Assembly (NCBI GenBank): GCA_024654025.1
Contig: JANLIR010000007.1
Coordinates: 421 to 64,420, forward strand
DNA from: Candidatus Wolfebacteria bacterium
GTDB lineage: Bacteria > Patescibacteriota > Minisyncoccia > UBA6257 > UBA9933
Length of the DNA: 64,000 nt
Reading direction: 5' to 3'
The first letter of the stretch is position 1, and every line of letters begins with the position of its first letter. The notes under the pieces are model-generated. The model did not search any database. It was given only the letters and a program-made list of their open reading frames with translations, and was not told the origin of the DNA. The position numbers were made by a program, and so were the translations under genes. Shown here piece by piece: positions 28,185 through 37,697 of this stretch.

Positions 28185-29402
28185 TTATTCATGGATAACT
28201 CTTAGCACTTCTTCTATTGTGGTTATGCCTTCGATGGCTTTTTTAAATCCGTCTTCGATCATTGAAGTCATGCCGTTTTTTTCAGCTAAATGTTTGATTT
28301 CAGTGGCATCGGCTTTTCTAACGATAGCCGCCCTCATTTCGTCGTCTATTTCCATAACTTCGTGTATTCCGACGCGGCCTCTATAGCCAGAGCCGCTGCA
28401 ATTTTCACATCCTTTGCCCTGATAAAATTTTTTAGATTTGTAAAGAGTTTCAACCGGAAATGTTCCCATTAGCCCTTCCAGATCGTTTATTGTTACTTTT
28501 TTTTCAAATTTGCATTCGACACAAATTCGTCTGACCAGTCTTTGACCGATGGCGACGTTCACCGTGGAGGCGATTAAAAATGGTTCGACTTTCATATCGA
28601 TAAGCCGCGGTAATGTTGTCGGCGCGTCGTTGGTGTGGATGGTAGATAAAAGCAAATGGCCGGTTAAAGCGGCGTTAACCGCAATAGCAGCGGTTTCTTC
28701 GTCTCTGATTTCGCCGACCATAACGATATTCGGATCTTGCCTTAAAATAGAACGAAGTCCGTTGGCAAAAGTTAAGCCGGTTCTCGCGTTGACTTGGATT
28801 TGTTCGAGACCTTCAATCGCGTATTCTATCGGGTCTTCGATGGTGATAATGGAAACGTCTTTAGTGTTGAGAGTTTTTAAAATCGTGTAAAGAGTCGTTG
28901 TTTTGCCGGAGCCGGTGGGGCCGGTTGCTAAAATCATTCCGTACGGTTTTTTCATATTCCGTTCTATTTTTTCAATATCTTTGGGCGCGAATCCTAAACT
29001 GTCCAGAGTGAATTTTTCGGCTTTTTCCGAAAGAAGGCGCATAACGCAATCCTCGCCGTAAAAAGTCGGCGCTAAGGAAACGCGGATGTCCACGAAGCCG
29101 CCGTTTTTAAATTTCAAACGGAAACGGCCGTCTTGCGCCGCCTGGTGTTCGTCGGTCCGAAGCCCTGAGAGGACTTTGACGCGGGTGATGACTTCGGATT
29201 GGATTTCTTTAGGTAAAATAAACGAGTCGTTTAAAATGCCGTCAATTCTAAGCCGCACTCTGACTCTTTTTTCTTCAGGATCAACGTGAATATCGGAAGC
29301 GCCGGCTTTGTACGCGTATTCAATAAGAGAATCAACCAAGCTGATAATTGAAATCCCGGCGCCGCGTTGTAATTCTTCTTCAACTTTTGAAAAGGGAGCC
29401 AT
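28185..29402 (-). CDS. pilB: type IV pilus assembly ATPase PilB/GspE (short form)
   Basis: Walker A GPTGSGKTTT, Asp box, His box 'TGHLLLSTIHTNDA', tetra-Cys motif CVEC...CENC. Confidence 0.85.
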   Translation of the reverse strand: MAPFSKVEEELQRGAGISIISLVDSLIEYAYKAGASDIHVDPEEKRVRVRLRIDGILNDSFILPKEIQSEVITRVKVLSGLRTDEHQAAQDGRFRLKFKNGGFVDIRVSLAPTFYGEDCVMRLLSEKAEKFTLDSLGFAPKDIEKIERNMKKPYGMILATGPTGSGKTTTLYTILKTLNTKDVSIITIEDPIEYAIEGLEQIQVNARTGLTFANGLRSILRQDPNIVMVGEIRDEETAAIAVNAALTGHLLLSTIHTNDAPTTLPRLIDMKVEPFLIASTVNVAIGQRLVRRICVECKFEKKVTINDLEGLMGTFPVETLYKSKKFYQGKGCENCSGSGYRGRVGIHEVMEIDDEMRAAIVRKADATEIKHLAEKNGMTSMIEDGFKKAIEGITTIEEVLRVIHE

Positions 29403-29503
29403 TATTTATTATTTTATCAATATAAAAAACAAAAGACAATGGAACAAAGTTTAAGAAACGTTACGTTAAGTGGCGTTTCGTAATCCTGAGTTTATCGAAG
29501 GAT

Positions 29504-29532
29504 AAAAAAACGCCGCGTTTTTAAGGCGCGGC
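29504..29532 (-). terminator. rho-independent terminator (minus strand) after gene 29557-29988
   Basis: minus strand reads GCCGCGccttaaaaaCGCGGCG + TTTTTTT. Confidence 0.6.
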
Positions 29533-29556
29533 TAGTTGAGGCAGAACAGCGCGAAG

Positions 29557-29988
29557 TTATAAGAATGCTTGAATTTTCTGTTTGGACACTCCCATTTTTA
29601 GAAGTTCTTTTTTGGTATCGCAATACTGTTTTTCGATAAATTGTGAGCGGTTCATGCCCGAAGGAGGGCTTTCGAAATATTCCACCGCATTTTTAGAACT
29701 CAAACGCGGTGAAATTTTTTCTAAAATATACTCTCTTATTTCCGCTACTGTGGAGTATTGTCTGCTAATAGCTAGCAGTTCCTGGAGTTTTTCAACTTCT
29801 TCTTTTTTCCCGAATCGTTTAATCCATAAGCGCCGAGGAATGCGGTAAAAACGAAGGCCAACAAACAAAAGCAGTAAAGTTGGAAGGACTATAAATATTA
29901 ACAACGCTTTGGGAAGTTCGATAATAGTTGGGACGACGAGTTGATAAAAGAAATCGGAAAATGTTTCCGTCCAAGGCGTAGATGTCAT
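29557..29988 (-). CDS. hypothetical membrane protein
   Basis: one or two TM segments, no known domain. Confidence 0.4.
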   Translation of the reverse strand: MTSTPWTETFSDFFYQLVVPTIIELPKALLIFIVLPTLLLLFVGLRFYRIPRRLWIKRFGKKEEVEKLQELLAISRQYSTVAEIREYILEKISPRLSSKNAVEYFESPPSGMNRSQFIEKQYCDTKKELLKMGVSKQKIQAFL

Positions 29989-30102
29989 TTTATCCTCCGG
30001 AGAATGGGGTTATTTGGCTATTGTTCGACTTGTAAATATCTGATTACAAAATAACTTTTTATTTTGACAAAGTCAATTTTTTGCGTAGTAATATAAGTAA
30101 TT

Positions 30103-31947
30103 ATGCCGCTATTCAAACTGCATTCTAAATTCAAGCCGTCCGGCGATCAACCTGAGGCTATCAAAAAACTTATTGAAGGAATTAATAAGGGATTTAATAA
30201 ACAGACGCTTTTGGGAGTAACCGGATCAGGGAAAACTTTCACGATGGCGAATGTTATCGCTAATTTTGATATGCCAACATTAGTTATCGCGCCAAACAAA
30301 ACTTTAGCTGCCCAGCTCTACCGCGAGTACAAAAATTTTTTTCCTAAAAATTCGGTAAATTATTTTGTTTCTTATTACGATTATTATCAGCCTGAAGCGT
30401 ATATGCCTATAACCGATACTTATATAGGAAAGGAGGCAATGATAAACGAGGAAATTGACAAACTTCGGCATCAAGCAACCAGCGCTCTTTTAACAAGAAA
30501 CGACGTTATAGTTGTAGCGTCGGTTTCGTGTATTTATAATTTAGGAGTGCCGGTGAATTATTTTAAAAACGCGCTTCATTTGGAAATCGGAAAATTAATC
30601 ACGCGAGGAGATTTAATACGCCAGCTTGTGAAAATTCAATTTAAAAGAACACCCGGTTCTCTAAAAAGAGGCTATTTTCGCGCCAGAGGAGACGCTTTTG
30701 AAATTATGCCGGCAAGCGGAAACGCGCTTTATTTTGTCGAGATCGAAAACCAAAAAATAAAATCACTCGCGCTTTTGGACCCTCTTACCCGAAAAATAAC
30801 AGAAAGTTTGAATGAAACAGTTATATTTCCGCCAAAGCATTTTATTTCAGAGGAGCCGCAGATAAAAAAAGCGGTTGAGGAAATTAAAAATGAATTAAAA
30901 GAGCGGTTGGAATATTTTAATAAGAATAATTTATATCTTGAAGCTCAGCGGCTGGAGAGAAGGACCAGGTATGACATGGAAATGCTTAAAACTCTGGGGT
31001 TTTGTCCGGGAATTGAAAATTATTCAAGGCATTTAACGGGTAAATTAGCGGGTGAGCCGCCGGATTCTTTGTTGGCGTATTTTCCTGTTGATGAAAAAGG
31101 AAGGCCTCGATTTTTAACCATTATAGACGAGTCGCATATCGCAGTACCGCAAATTAGGGGGATGTACGAAGGCGACAAAAGCAGAAAAGGAATATTGGCG
31201 CAGTATGGCTGGAGACTGCCTTCGGCTTTGGATAACCGGCCGCTTAAGTTTTCTGAATTTGAAAAAAGAGTTGGTCAAGTTGTTTTTACTTCCGCCACTC
31301 CAAGCAATTTTGAGTTGGAAAATTCAAAGCAAGTCGTTGAGCAGATTATTCGGCCAACGGGCTTGATTGATCCTCCAATTGAAGTGCGTCCGGTTTTTGA
31401 TAAAGAAAAAAAATTTAGCCAGATAGACGATATTATGGCGGAGTCGGAAAAAATTGTAAAAAATAACGAACGAGTGATTATAAATACTTTGACCAAAAAA
31501 ATGGCCGAGGATTTGCAGGAGTTTTTGGTTAAAAGGAAATTTAAGGCGAAATATCTTCATTCGGATGTAAAAACTTTGGAAAGAGCGGAGATTTTAACCC
31601 AATTTCGAAAAGGAGATTTTGATATTTTGGTCGGGGTTAATTTGCTTCGTGAGGGGTTGGATTTGCCGGAAGTAGCGCTGGTGGCGATTTTGGATGCGGA
31701 CAGAGAAGGTTTTTTAAGAAGCGAGACGTCGTTAGTTCAAACAATGGGCCGCGCCGCTCGAAATATTAACGGCCGAGTTATTATGTACGCGGATAAATTA
31801 ACCGGATCGCTAAAGCGGGCAATTAAAGAAGTTGAACGCCGCCGGAAAATCCAGACCGAATACAACAAGAAAAATAAAATTACTCCACAATCGATTGTCA
31901 AAAAAGTGGAAGATTTGATTCAGTTTGATTCTGATTTTGGGGTATAA
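30103..31947 (+). CDS. uvrB: excinuclease ABC subunit B
   Basis: helicase motifs GVTGSGKT, DESH, beta-hairpin region; 614 aa. Confidence 0.95.
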   Translation: MPLFKLHSKFKPSGDQPEAIKKLIEGINKGFNKQTLLGVTGSGKTFTMANVIANFDMPTLVIAPNKTLAAQLYREYKNFFPKNSVNYFVSYYDYYQPEAYMPITDTYIGKEAMINEEIDKLRHQATSALLTRNDVIVVASVSCIYNLGVPVNYFKNALHLEIGKLITRGDLIRQLVKIQFKRTPGSLKRGYFRARGDAFEIMPASGNALYFVEIENQKIKSLALLDPLTRKITESLNETVIFPPKHFISEEPQIKKAVEEIKNELKERLEYFNKNNLYLEAQRLERRTRYDMEMLKTLGFCPGIENYSRHLTGKLAGEPPDSLLAYFPVDEKGRPRFLTIIDESHIAVPQIRGMYEGDKSRKGILAQYGWRLPSALDNRPLKFSEFEKRVGQVVFTSATPSNFELENSKQVVEQIIRPTGLIDPPIEVRPVFDKEKKFSQIDDIMAESEKIVKNNERVIINTLTKKMAEDLQEFLVKRKFKAKYLHSDVKTLERAEILTQFRKGDFDILVGVNLLREGLDLPEVALVAILDADREGFLRSETSLVQTMGRAARNINGRVIMYADKLTGSLKRAIKEVERRRKIQTEYNKKNKITPQSIVKKVEDLIQFDSDFGV

Positions 31948-32098
31948 ATTTGACACCGATTATTTGCGGGTTTAATCTATTATCAACAGAATAAAAATTT
32001 ACTTGCCCCCTATAAGCCAAAAGGAGGGCGCTTTGAGTTATGGAAGACCCGGATAGTAGTCCGCCGTAGGCGGGCACTACCGGGCAGGTAAAATAATT

Positions 32099-34648
32099 AT
32101 GGAAGAGAAGATTATTATCAAGGGGGCGCGGGTGCATAATCTTAAAAACATCAGCGCCGAGATCCCAAAAAATAAATTGATTGCTTTTACCGGAGTTTCG
32201 GGAAGCGGCAAATCGTCGCTTGCTTTTGATACGATTTTTGCCGAAGGACAGCGTAGATATATTGAATCGCTTTCGCCGTACGCGAGGCAATTTTTGGGGC
32301 AGATGGACAGGCCGGACGTTGACGAAATTGTGGGGTTATCGCCGGCAATTGCCATTGATCAAAGAGCGCTTTCGCACAACCCGCGTTCTATCGTAGGAAC
32401 GCTTACGGAAATTTATGATTATCTTCGTGTTTTATACGCCCGTTTGGGAGAAGTTTATTGTCCCAATGACGGAACAAAAATTAAAAAATTATCATTGGAA
32501 GAAATCGTGGATATTATTGAAGACAACGCGAAAGAACTGAAAGAAGAAACGGTTACAATTTTATCTCCGGTCGTCCGTGGCAGAAAAGGAGAGTATTACC
32601 AGCTCCTTTATGATTTTCTTTCACAGGGTTTTAGCGAGGCGAGAATTGACGGGAAATTTTATAGTTTGCATGAACGCGTGGAGCTTTCTCGTTATAAAGA
32701 GCACGAGATAGAAATAGTAATGGATAAGGTGATGATTAATGATGAAGGCCGGTTGTTTGAGGCGGTTGAAAATTCTTTAAATTACAGCAAAGGTTTGGTT
32801 ATCGCGAAATTTTCCGAAAAAGAAATATTGCTTTCTTCAAATTGGACTTGCCCGGTTGATAATTTTTCTTTTCCGGAAGTCGAGCCAAGGCTTTTTTCTT
32901 TTAACAGCCCGCACGGCGCGTGCCCGACTTGTTTCGGACTCGGAAAGACCGATTTGTTTTTGAAAACGATTTGTCCCGATTGTAACGGAAAAAGATTGAA
33001 GCCGGAGTCGCTTTCGGTAAAAATCGGCGGCACTTCGACAGGCTCAGTACAAGGCAAAAGTATTTATGAAGTTTGCAATTTATCGCTCAGCCAAGCTCGC
33101 GATTTTTTTGCAAGTTATAAAAAGAAAATGTCTTTACGGGAAAAGAAAATTGCTCTTAATGTTGTTGAGGAAATAGAAAACCGGCTGCAATTTTTACTGG
33201 AAGTCGGCCTTGATTACTTAACTTTAAACCGGGAAGCGGAAACGCTTTCAGGCGGCGAAGCGCAGAGAATTAGATTGGCTTCCCAGATTGGCTCAAAACT
33301 TTCAGGCACTCTTTACGTTTTGGATGAACCGACCATTGGGCTTCATGAAAGAGACACGGAAAAATTAATAGGCACTTTGAAATCATTAAGAGACCAAAAT
33401 AATACCGTTATTGTGGTAGAACACGACGAGAAAACAATCCATAGTTCTGATTATTTGCTTGATTTGGGGCCAGGCGCTGGAGTGCACGGCGGAGAAGTAA
33501 CCGCGATTGGAGAGACAAAAAAACTTTTACGTAATACCAATCCGCGAACGCATACGAACACCACGAACAAAGAATTCGAAAATTCGCTAACTTTAAAGTA
33601 TTTGCGAGGCACTAAGGAAATCGCTGTTCCAGAAATAAGAAGGCACAAAACAGCCGAATCAATAAAAATAATAGGCGCGAGGGCGAATAATTTAAAAAAT
33701 ATCGACGTCGAGTTTCCTTTGAGGCGTTTGGTGTGTATGACCGGCGTTTCCGGAAGCGGTAAATCGTCTTTGCTTTACGATGTTTTATACACAAATCTTT
33801 CAAAAATAAAAGCGCGTTTTAACGAGCCGTTGGAAAACGCCGCGAAAATTTTGGGAAGCGAGTTTATCGATAAAATTGTAATGGTTGATCAGTCGCCGAT
33901 AGGCCGGACTCCGCGTTCCAATCCCGCAACTTATACTGGCATATTTACTCCAATAAGAGATTTTTTTGCCGAACTTTCCCAGTCGAGGGAAAAAGGTTAT
34001 ACCGCCTCAAGGTTTTCTTTTAATGTCCAAGGGGGCAGGTGCGAAGCTTGTCAAGGTGCCGGGTCTAATTTGATAGAAATGCATTTTTTGCCGCCGGTTT
34101 TGGTGGAATGCGAAGTTTGCCACGGGAAACGCTTTAACCGGGAAACTTTGCAGATTAAACACAAGGCTAAAAACATTTTTGAAATTTTGGAAATGAGCGT
34201 TGACAAGGCGCTGGAATTTTTTGACGGAATATATTTGATAACCGATAAATTGAAAGTGCTTCAAGAAGTCGGGCTTGGATATATAAAACTCGGCCAGAGC
34301 GCCACGACTTTGTCGGGCGGAGAAGCGCAGAGAATAAAACTTTCTAAAGAGCTTATCCATCCTTTGGGAAAGAGGGGATTGTTTTTACTGGACGAGCCGA
34401 CGGTCGGGCTTCATTATCATGATATTGAAATGCTTTTGAAGGTTTTAAACAAGCTTATTGAAAAGGGAAATTCGATATTTATTATAGAGCATAATATGCA
34501 TGTGATAAAATCAGCGGATTACGTGATTGATTTGGGTCCTGAAGGCGGAGAAAAAGGCGGAAAACTTATTGCTAAAGGCACTCCGGAGGAAATTGTGAAA
34601 AACGCGCACAGCATCACAGGGAAATATTTGAAAGAATATTTGAGGTAG
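32099..34648 (+). CDS. uvrA: excinuclease ABC subunit A
   Basis: two ABC ATPase modules ([10 protein letters not shown] twice), zinc-finger Cys clusters, LSGGE signatures. Confidence 0.95.
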   Translation: MEEKIIIKGARVHNLKNISAEIPKNKLIAFTGVSGSGKSSLAFDTIFAEGQRRYIESLSPYARQFLGQMDRPDVDEIVGLSPAIAIDQRALSHNPRSIVGTLTEIYDYLRVLYARLGEVYCPNDGTKIKKLSLEEIVDIIEDNAKELKEETVTILSPVVRGRKGEYYQLLYDFLSQGFSEARIDGKFYSLHERVELSRYKEHEIEIVMDKVMINDEGRLFEAVENSLNYSKGLVIAKFSEKEILLSSNWTCPVDNFSFPEVEPRLFSFNSPHGACPTCFGLGKTDLFLKTICPDCNGKRLKPESLSVKIGGTSTGSVQGKSIYEVCNLSLSQARDFFASYKKKMSLREKKIALNVVEEIENRLQFLLEVGLDYLTLNREAETLSGGEAQRIRLASQIGSKLSGTLYVLDEPTIGLHERDTEKLIGTLKSLRDQNNTVIVVEHDEKTIHSSDYLLDLGPGAGVHGGEVTAIGETKKLLRNTNPRTHTNTTNKEFENSLTLKYLRGTKEIAVPEIRRHKTAESIKIIGARANNLKNIDVEFPLRRLVCMTGVSGSGKSSLLYDVLYTNLSKIKARFNEPLENAAKILGSEFIDKIVMVDQSPIGRTPRSNPATYTGIFTPIRDFFAELSQSREKGYTASRFSFNVQGGRCEACQGAGSNLIEMHFLPPVLVECEVCHGKRFNRETLQIKHKAKNIFEILEMSVDKALEFFDGIYLITDKLKVLQEVGLGYIKLGQSATTLSGGEAQRIKLSKELIHPLGKRGLFLLDEPTVGLHYHDIEMLLKVLNKLIEKGNSIFIIEHNMHVIKSADYVIDLGPEGGEKGGKLIAKGTPEEIVKNAHSITGKYLKEYLR

Positions 34649-34689
34649 GGTATGGGGTATAGCCACTAGGGCTTAGTGAGTAAAAAAGT

Positions 34690-34720
34690 AAGGACCTTTT
34701 TAGGGGTCCTTTGGCGGAGG
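34690..34720. terminator. hairpin terminator shared by convergent uvrA and the 34700-35098 gene
   Basis: AAGGACCtttttaGGGGTCCTT with T-run on the minus side. Confidence 0.45.
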
Positions 34721-35098
34721 AAAGGCTGACAGAAATTCCTCTGCAGTTTTGATGATGTAGTTTACTTCGGGAAACATTAAGCTGTGAGAAAAAGGCATTT
34801 TCGGGTTTGCGCGATATGGATTTACAGCTTCAAGCAGAGGCATTTCGGTTTGCTGTATAATTTTTCTTATCACGGTCTCGGAAATAGGAGTTATTGGGCA
34901 AAAAGCGTGTCTGTTTATATTCTGCAGTTCCTTTTTTGTATATCTTCCTTCGTCCAATCTTTTGGCGTTCTTTTTACCACCAATAAAGATTTTGTCTTCT
35001 TTCGCCAGCTCCTTTAATTTCTCGATAAGGTAAAAGGTGTATGCCCACGAAAAGCCGGTTATGACCGAAGGAATCGGGTATTTCGCTACGTTCTTCAT
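34700..35098 (-). CDS. hypothetical protein
   Basis: 132 aa; no confident family assignment. Confidence 0.4.
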   Translation of the reverse strand: MKNVAKYPIPSVITGFSWAYTFYLIEKLKELAKEDKIFIGGKKNAKRLDEGRYTKKELQNINRHAFCPITPISETVIRKIIQQTEMPLLEAVNPYRANPKMPFSHSLMFPEVNYIIKTAEEFLSAFPPPKDP

Positions 35099-35163
35099 TT
35101 TATGACTCCTCTCAATATGGATTTGTTCGTGTTCTGATATAATGAAATCATCGTCTATAATTT

Positions 35164-36498
35164 ATGTCAAATTTGTTATTAAAAGCAAAAAAATTTCCGC
35201 TAACACCGGGAATTTATATGTTTTTAGACGCTAAAAAGAAGGTGCTTTATGTTGGCCGGGCGGTTTCTTTGAGAAAGCGTATTTTGAATTATTTCCAGAA
35301 AAATTTGTTGGACCAGAGGATAAAAGAAATGGTTTTTTTGGCGCGCGACATTAAATATAAAAAAAGCGAAAATCTTTTAGACGCAATTGTTTTGGAGGCG
35401 AATCTTATAAAGAAATATTGGCCGAAATACAATATAAAAGATAAGGACGACAGGTCATTTGTTTATGTCGCGATTTCAAAAAAAGATGATTTTCCGAAAC
35501 CGATTATTGTACGGGGCAGGGAAGTGGGGAAAATTTTGTCTGAACCGGTTAATTCTCAAATTCTCAAGAACATTGGAATAAACAAAATTAGCGTAAGGAA
35601 ACAGATGCAAATATTTGGACCATATCAGTCATTGCATTTAATAAAAAACGCATTAAAAATTATTAGAAAGATTTTTCCATATAGCACTTGCAAAATTGGT
35701 TCGGGAAAGCCGTGTTTTGATTATCAGATTGGACTGTGCCCGGGCGCGTGCGTCGGAGCTATTTCAAAAAAAGACTACAAAAAAAATATTGAAAACATAG
35801 CGCAATTGCTTAAAGGAAATAAAAAAAGATTGCTGAAAAAACTAAAAAAAGAAAATCCTAATCAGGCGATGGCTTTGGAGCACATTCAAGACGTTGCTTT
35901 GTTAAGCGGATCGGAGTTTGAAAATTTTAAATTGAAAATTGAAAATTCCGCGAAGCGGATAGAAGGATATGACGTTTCTCACCTAGCCGGAAAAGAAACT
36001 TACGGATCAATGGTTGTTTTTGCAAACGGCGAAGCGGATAAAAGCCAATACCGGTTGTTTAAAATTAAAAGCGCGCCGGCAAACGACGACTTGCGGGCTT
36101 TGGAAGAAATTATTTTAAGGAGATTTAAACACGACGAATGGCAAAGGCCAAACTTAATTTTAATAGACGGCGGCCGGCCGCAAATAAGTTTTGTCTCAAA
36201 AGCGCTAAGAAATAAAAATATAAATATTCCTTTGGTCGGCATTTCTAAATACAGGAGGACTCGTCCTGAGGGCGTTCGACTGAGCCCTTCGGCGGTGAGC
36301 CGTTCAGGACGGTCGAACCGCTCAGCCGAAGTCCGTGTCGAAGGAGATGAATTAGTTTTCCCGCTAGGCATGAAAAAACCAACAAGAGAATTGATTGAAA
36401 ATATCAAAAGTATTTTGTTAAAAGTTCGCGAGGAGGCGCATCGATTTGCGTTAAAATCCAGCAGGCGCAAAAGAGGGATGTTGATAAGTAATTTCTAA
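35164..36498 (+). CDS. uvrC: excinuclease ABC subunit C (short; no C-terminal HhH module) carrying a ~30-aa in-frame insert
   Basis: GIY-YIG N-terminus 'PGIYMFLDAKKKVLYVGRAVSLRKRI', UvrBC-interaction and RNase-H-like endonuclease regions; insert 'YRRTRPEGVRLSPSAVSRSGRSNRSAEVRVEG' between conserved 'LVGISK' and 'DELVFPLG'. Confidence 0.85.
   Translation: MSNLLLKAKKFPLTPGIYMFLDAKKKVLYVGRAVSLRKRILNYFQKNLLDQRIKEMVFLARDIKYKKSENLLDAIVLEANLIKKYWPKYNIKDKDDRSFVYVAISKKDDFPKPIIVRGREVGKILSEPVNSQILKNIGINKISVRKQMQIFGPYQSLHLIKNALKIIRKIFPYSTCKIGSGKPCFDYQIGLCPGACVGAISKKDYKKNIENIAQLLKGNKKRLLKKLKKENPNQAMALEHIQDVALLSGSEFENFKLKIENSAKRIEGYDVSHLAGKETYGSMVVFANGEADKSQYRLFKIKSAPANDDLRALEEIILRRFKHDEWQRPNLILIDGGRPQISFVSKALRNKNINIPLVGISKYRRTRPEGVRLSPSAVSRSGRSNRSAEVRVEGDELVFPLGMKKPTRELIENIKSILLKVREEAHRFALKSSRRKRGMLISNF
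36250..36345 (+). repeat. GC-rich palindromic in-frame insertion inside uvrC (RPE-like)
   Basis: local GC ~65% within AT-rich gene; inverted repeats GTTCGAC...GTCGAAC, GGAC..GTCC, CTTCGGC..GCTCAGCCGAAG. Confidence 0.55.
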
Positions 36499-36552
36499 TT
36501 TTTGAGGAATTTAGATATAATCAATAAACGGTCGATAAAGATGAAATAATAT

Positions 36553-36792
36553 ATGACAAAAAATCTTAGCACAATCGATAGGATAATCAGATTAATAATT
36601 GCCCTAGGATTATTATATGTAGCGTTTGCTTATTACCAAACTAATTTTGTTTTAGCTATAATAGCTTTTGTTTTAGCACTCGGAACCGCGATCACCGTAA
36701 TTACCGGGTTTTGTATTGTTTATAAACTTTTTGGAATAAGCACAAGAAAAGATCAAGGTGGTTCATCGTTTCCGTCGCAACCTATGCAGTGA
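36553..36792 (+). CDS. DUF2892 (YgaP-like) small membrane protein
   Basis: 'IDRIIRLIIALGLLY' + second TM with 'GFCIVYKLFGIST'. Confidence 0.5.
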   Translation: MTKNLSTIDRIIRLIIALGLLYVAFAYYQTNFVLAIIAFVLALGTAITVITGFCIVYKLFGISTRKDQGGSSFPSQPMQ

Positions 36793-36818
36793 ATAGGGTT
36801 TAGCCACTAGCCACTAGT

Positions 36819-36858
36819 AAATGCCTGCTATGCGTATGAGTAGCAGGCATTTTTTTAG
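36819..36858 (+). terminator. rho-independent terminator
   Basis: AATGCCTGCTAtgcgtatgagTAGCAGGCATT + TTTTTTT. Confidence 0.8.
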
Positions 36859-36872
36859 AAATAAATAAATAA

Positions 36873-36900
36873 TTGAATTTTATTGACTTTTTGCTAAGAT
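36873..36900 (+). promoter_or_regulatory. putative sigma70-type promoter for the tRNA-Ala/tRNA-Ser pair
   Basis: TTGAAT -16 nt- TAAGAT, 12 nt upstream of tRNA-Ala. Confidence 0.4.
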
Positions 36901-36912
36901 GGTTTTGTTGAG

Positions 36913-36983
36913 GGGCCTATAGTTCAGTGGCAAAACACCTCATTTGCAATGAGGAGCCGCGAGTTCGATTCTCGCTAGGTCCA
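36913..36983 (+). tRNA. tRNA-Ala (anticodon UGC)
   Basis: acceptor GGGCCTA/TAGGTCC with G3·U70 Ala identity pair, anticodon loop cTTGCAa, T-loop GTTCGATTC; CCA not encoded. Confidence 0.8.
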
Positions 36984-36987
36984 CAAG

Positions 36988-37077
36988 GGAGGCGTGCGCG
37001 AGTGGTTGAAACGGATGGTCTTGAAAACCATTATGCCGGAAACGGCATCGAAGGTTCGAATCCTTCCGCCTCCGCCA
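36988..37077 (+). tRNA. tRNA-Ser (anticodon UGA)
   Basis: acceptor GGAGGCG/CGCCTCC, anticodon loop cTTGAaa, long variable arm ATGCCGGAAACGGCATC, T-loop GGTTCGAATCC, CCA encoded. Confidence 0.8.
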
Positions 37078-37112
37078 GTTAGAAAATGACTGAATATTAA
37101 AAGATCCGAACT

Positions 37113-37631
37113 ATGGAAAAATTTGAACCAAATATAGAAAATAAAGAAAAATTGAGAGACGCCACTCTTGTTTTTTTAATAAAAAAAGAGCACGAAAAAA
37201 TATTAGAAATTTGCTTAGCGATGAAAAAACGAGGGTTTGGTAAGAATAGGTGGAATGGCGTGGGTGGCAAGGTAGAGAAAGATGAAGAAATAGATAATGC
37301 TGCCGAGAGAGAAACTAAAGAAGAAATTGGCGTTGAGATCAGGCAAACAAATAAGGTGGCAGAACTATCATTTTTCTTTCCGCATAATCCAGCGTGGAAT
37401 CAAAAAGTCCATGTTTATTTTTCTGAAATTTGGGGCGGAGAACTAAGTGAAAGCGAAGAAATGAAACCGCAATGGTTTCCAACGCAAGAAATACCGTTTG
37501 ATCATATGTGGCCGGACGATGAATTTTGGGTTCCGGAAGTTTTGTCCGGGAAGTTAGTAAAAGCCACCTTTGTTTTTGGCGAAGGTGATATTATTCAAAG
37601 CAAGAATGTTCAAATCGTTGAGAGCCTATAA
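37113..37631 (+). CDS. NUDIX hydrolase (MutT-like)
   Basis: Nudix box 'GGKVEKDEEIDNAAERETKEEIGV'. Confidence 0.8.
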   Translation: MEKFEPNIENKEKLRDATLVFLIKKEHEKILEICLAMKKRGFGKNRWNGVGGKVEKDEEIDNAAERETKEEIGVEIRQTNKVAELSFFFPHNPAWNQKVHVYFSEIWGGELSESEEMKPQWFPTQEIPFDHMWPDDEFWVPEVLSGKLVKATFVFGEGDIIQSKNVQIVESL

Positions 37632-37697
37632 TTATTTATATTTTTTAAAAAAGCGGTATCTTTTGGAAAATTAAAATTTTGAATACAAAAATAATCC

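Noticed and set aside
28185-29402. Calling the short pilB paralog a PilT retraction ATPase
   Set aside because: It retains the GspE/PilB tetra-cysteine motif (CVEC…CENC) and lacks PilT-specific features; it is more likely a short PilB-type ATPase.
36000-36470. 156-aa minus-strand ORF inside uvrC
   Set aside because: Antisense to a confidently identified uvrC; partly generated by the GC-rich palindromic insert.
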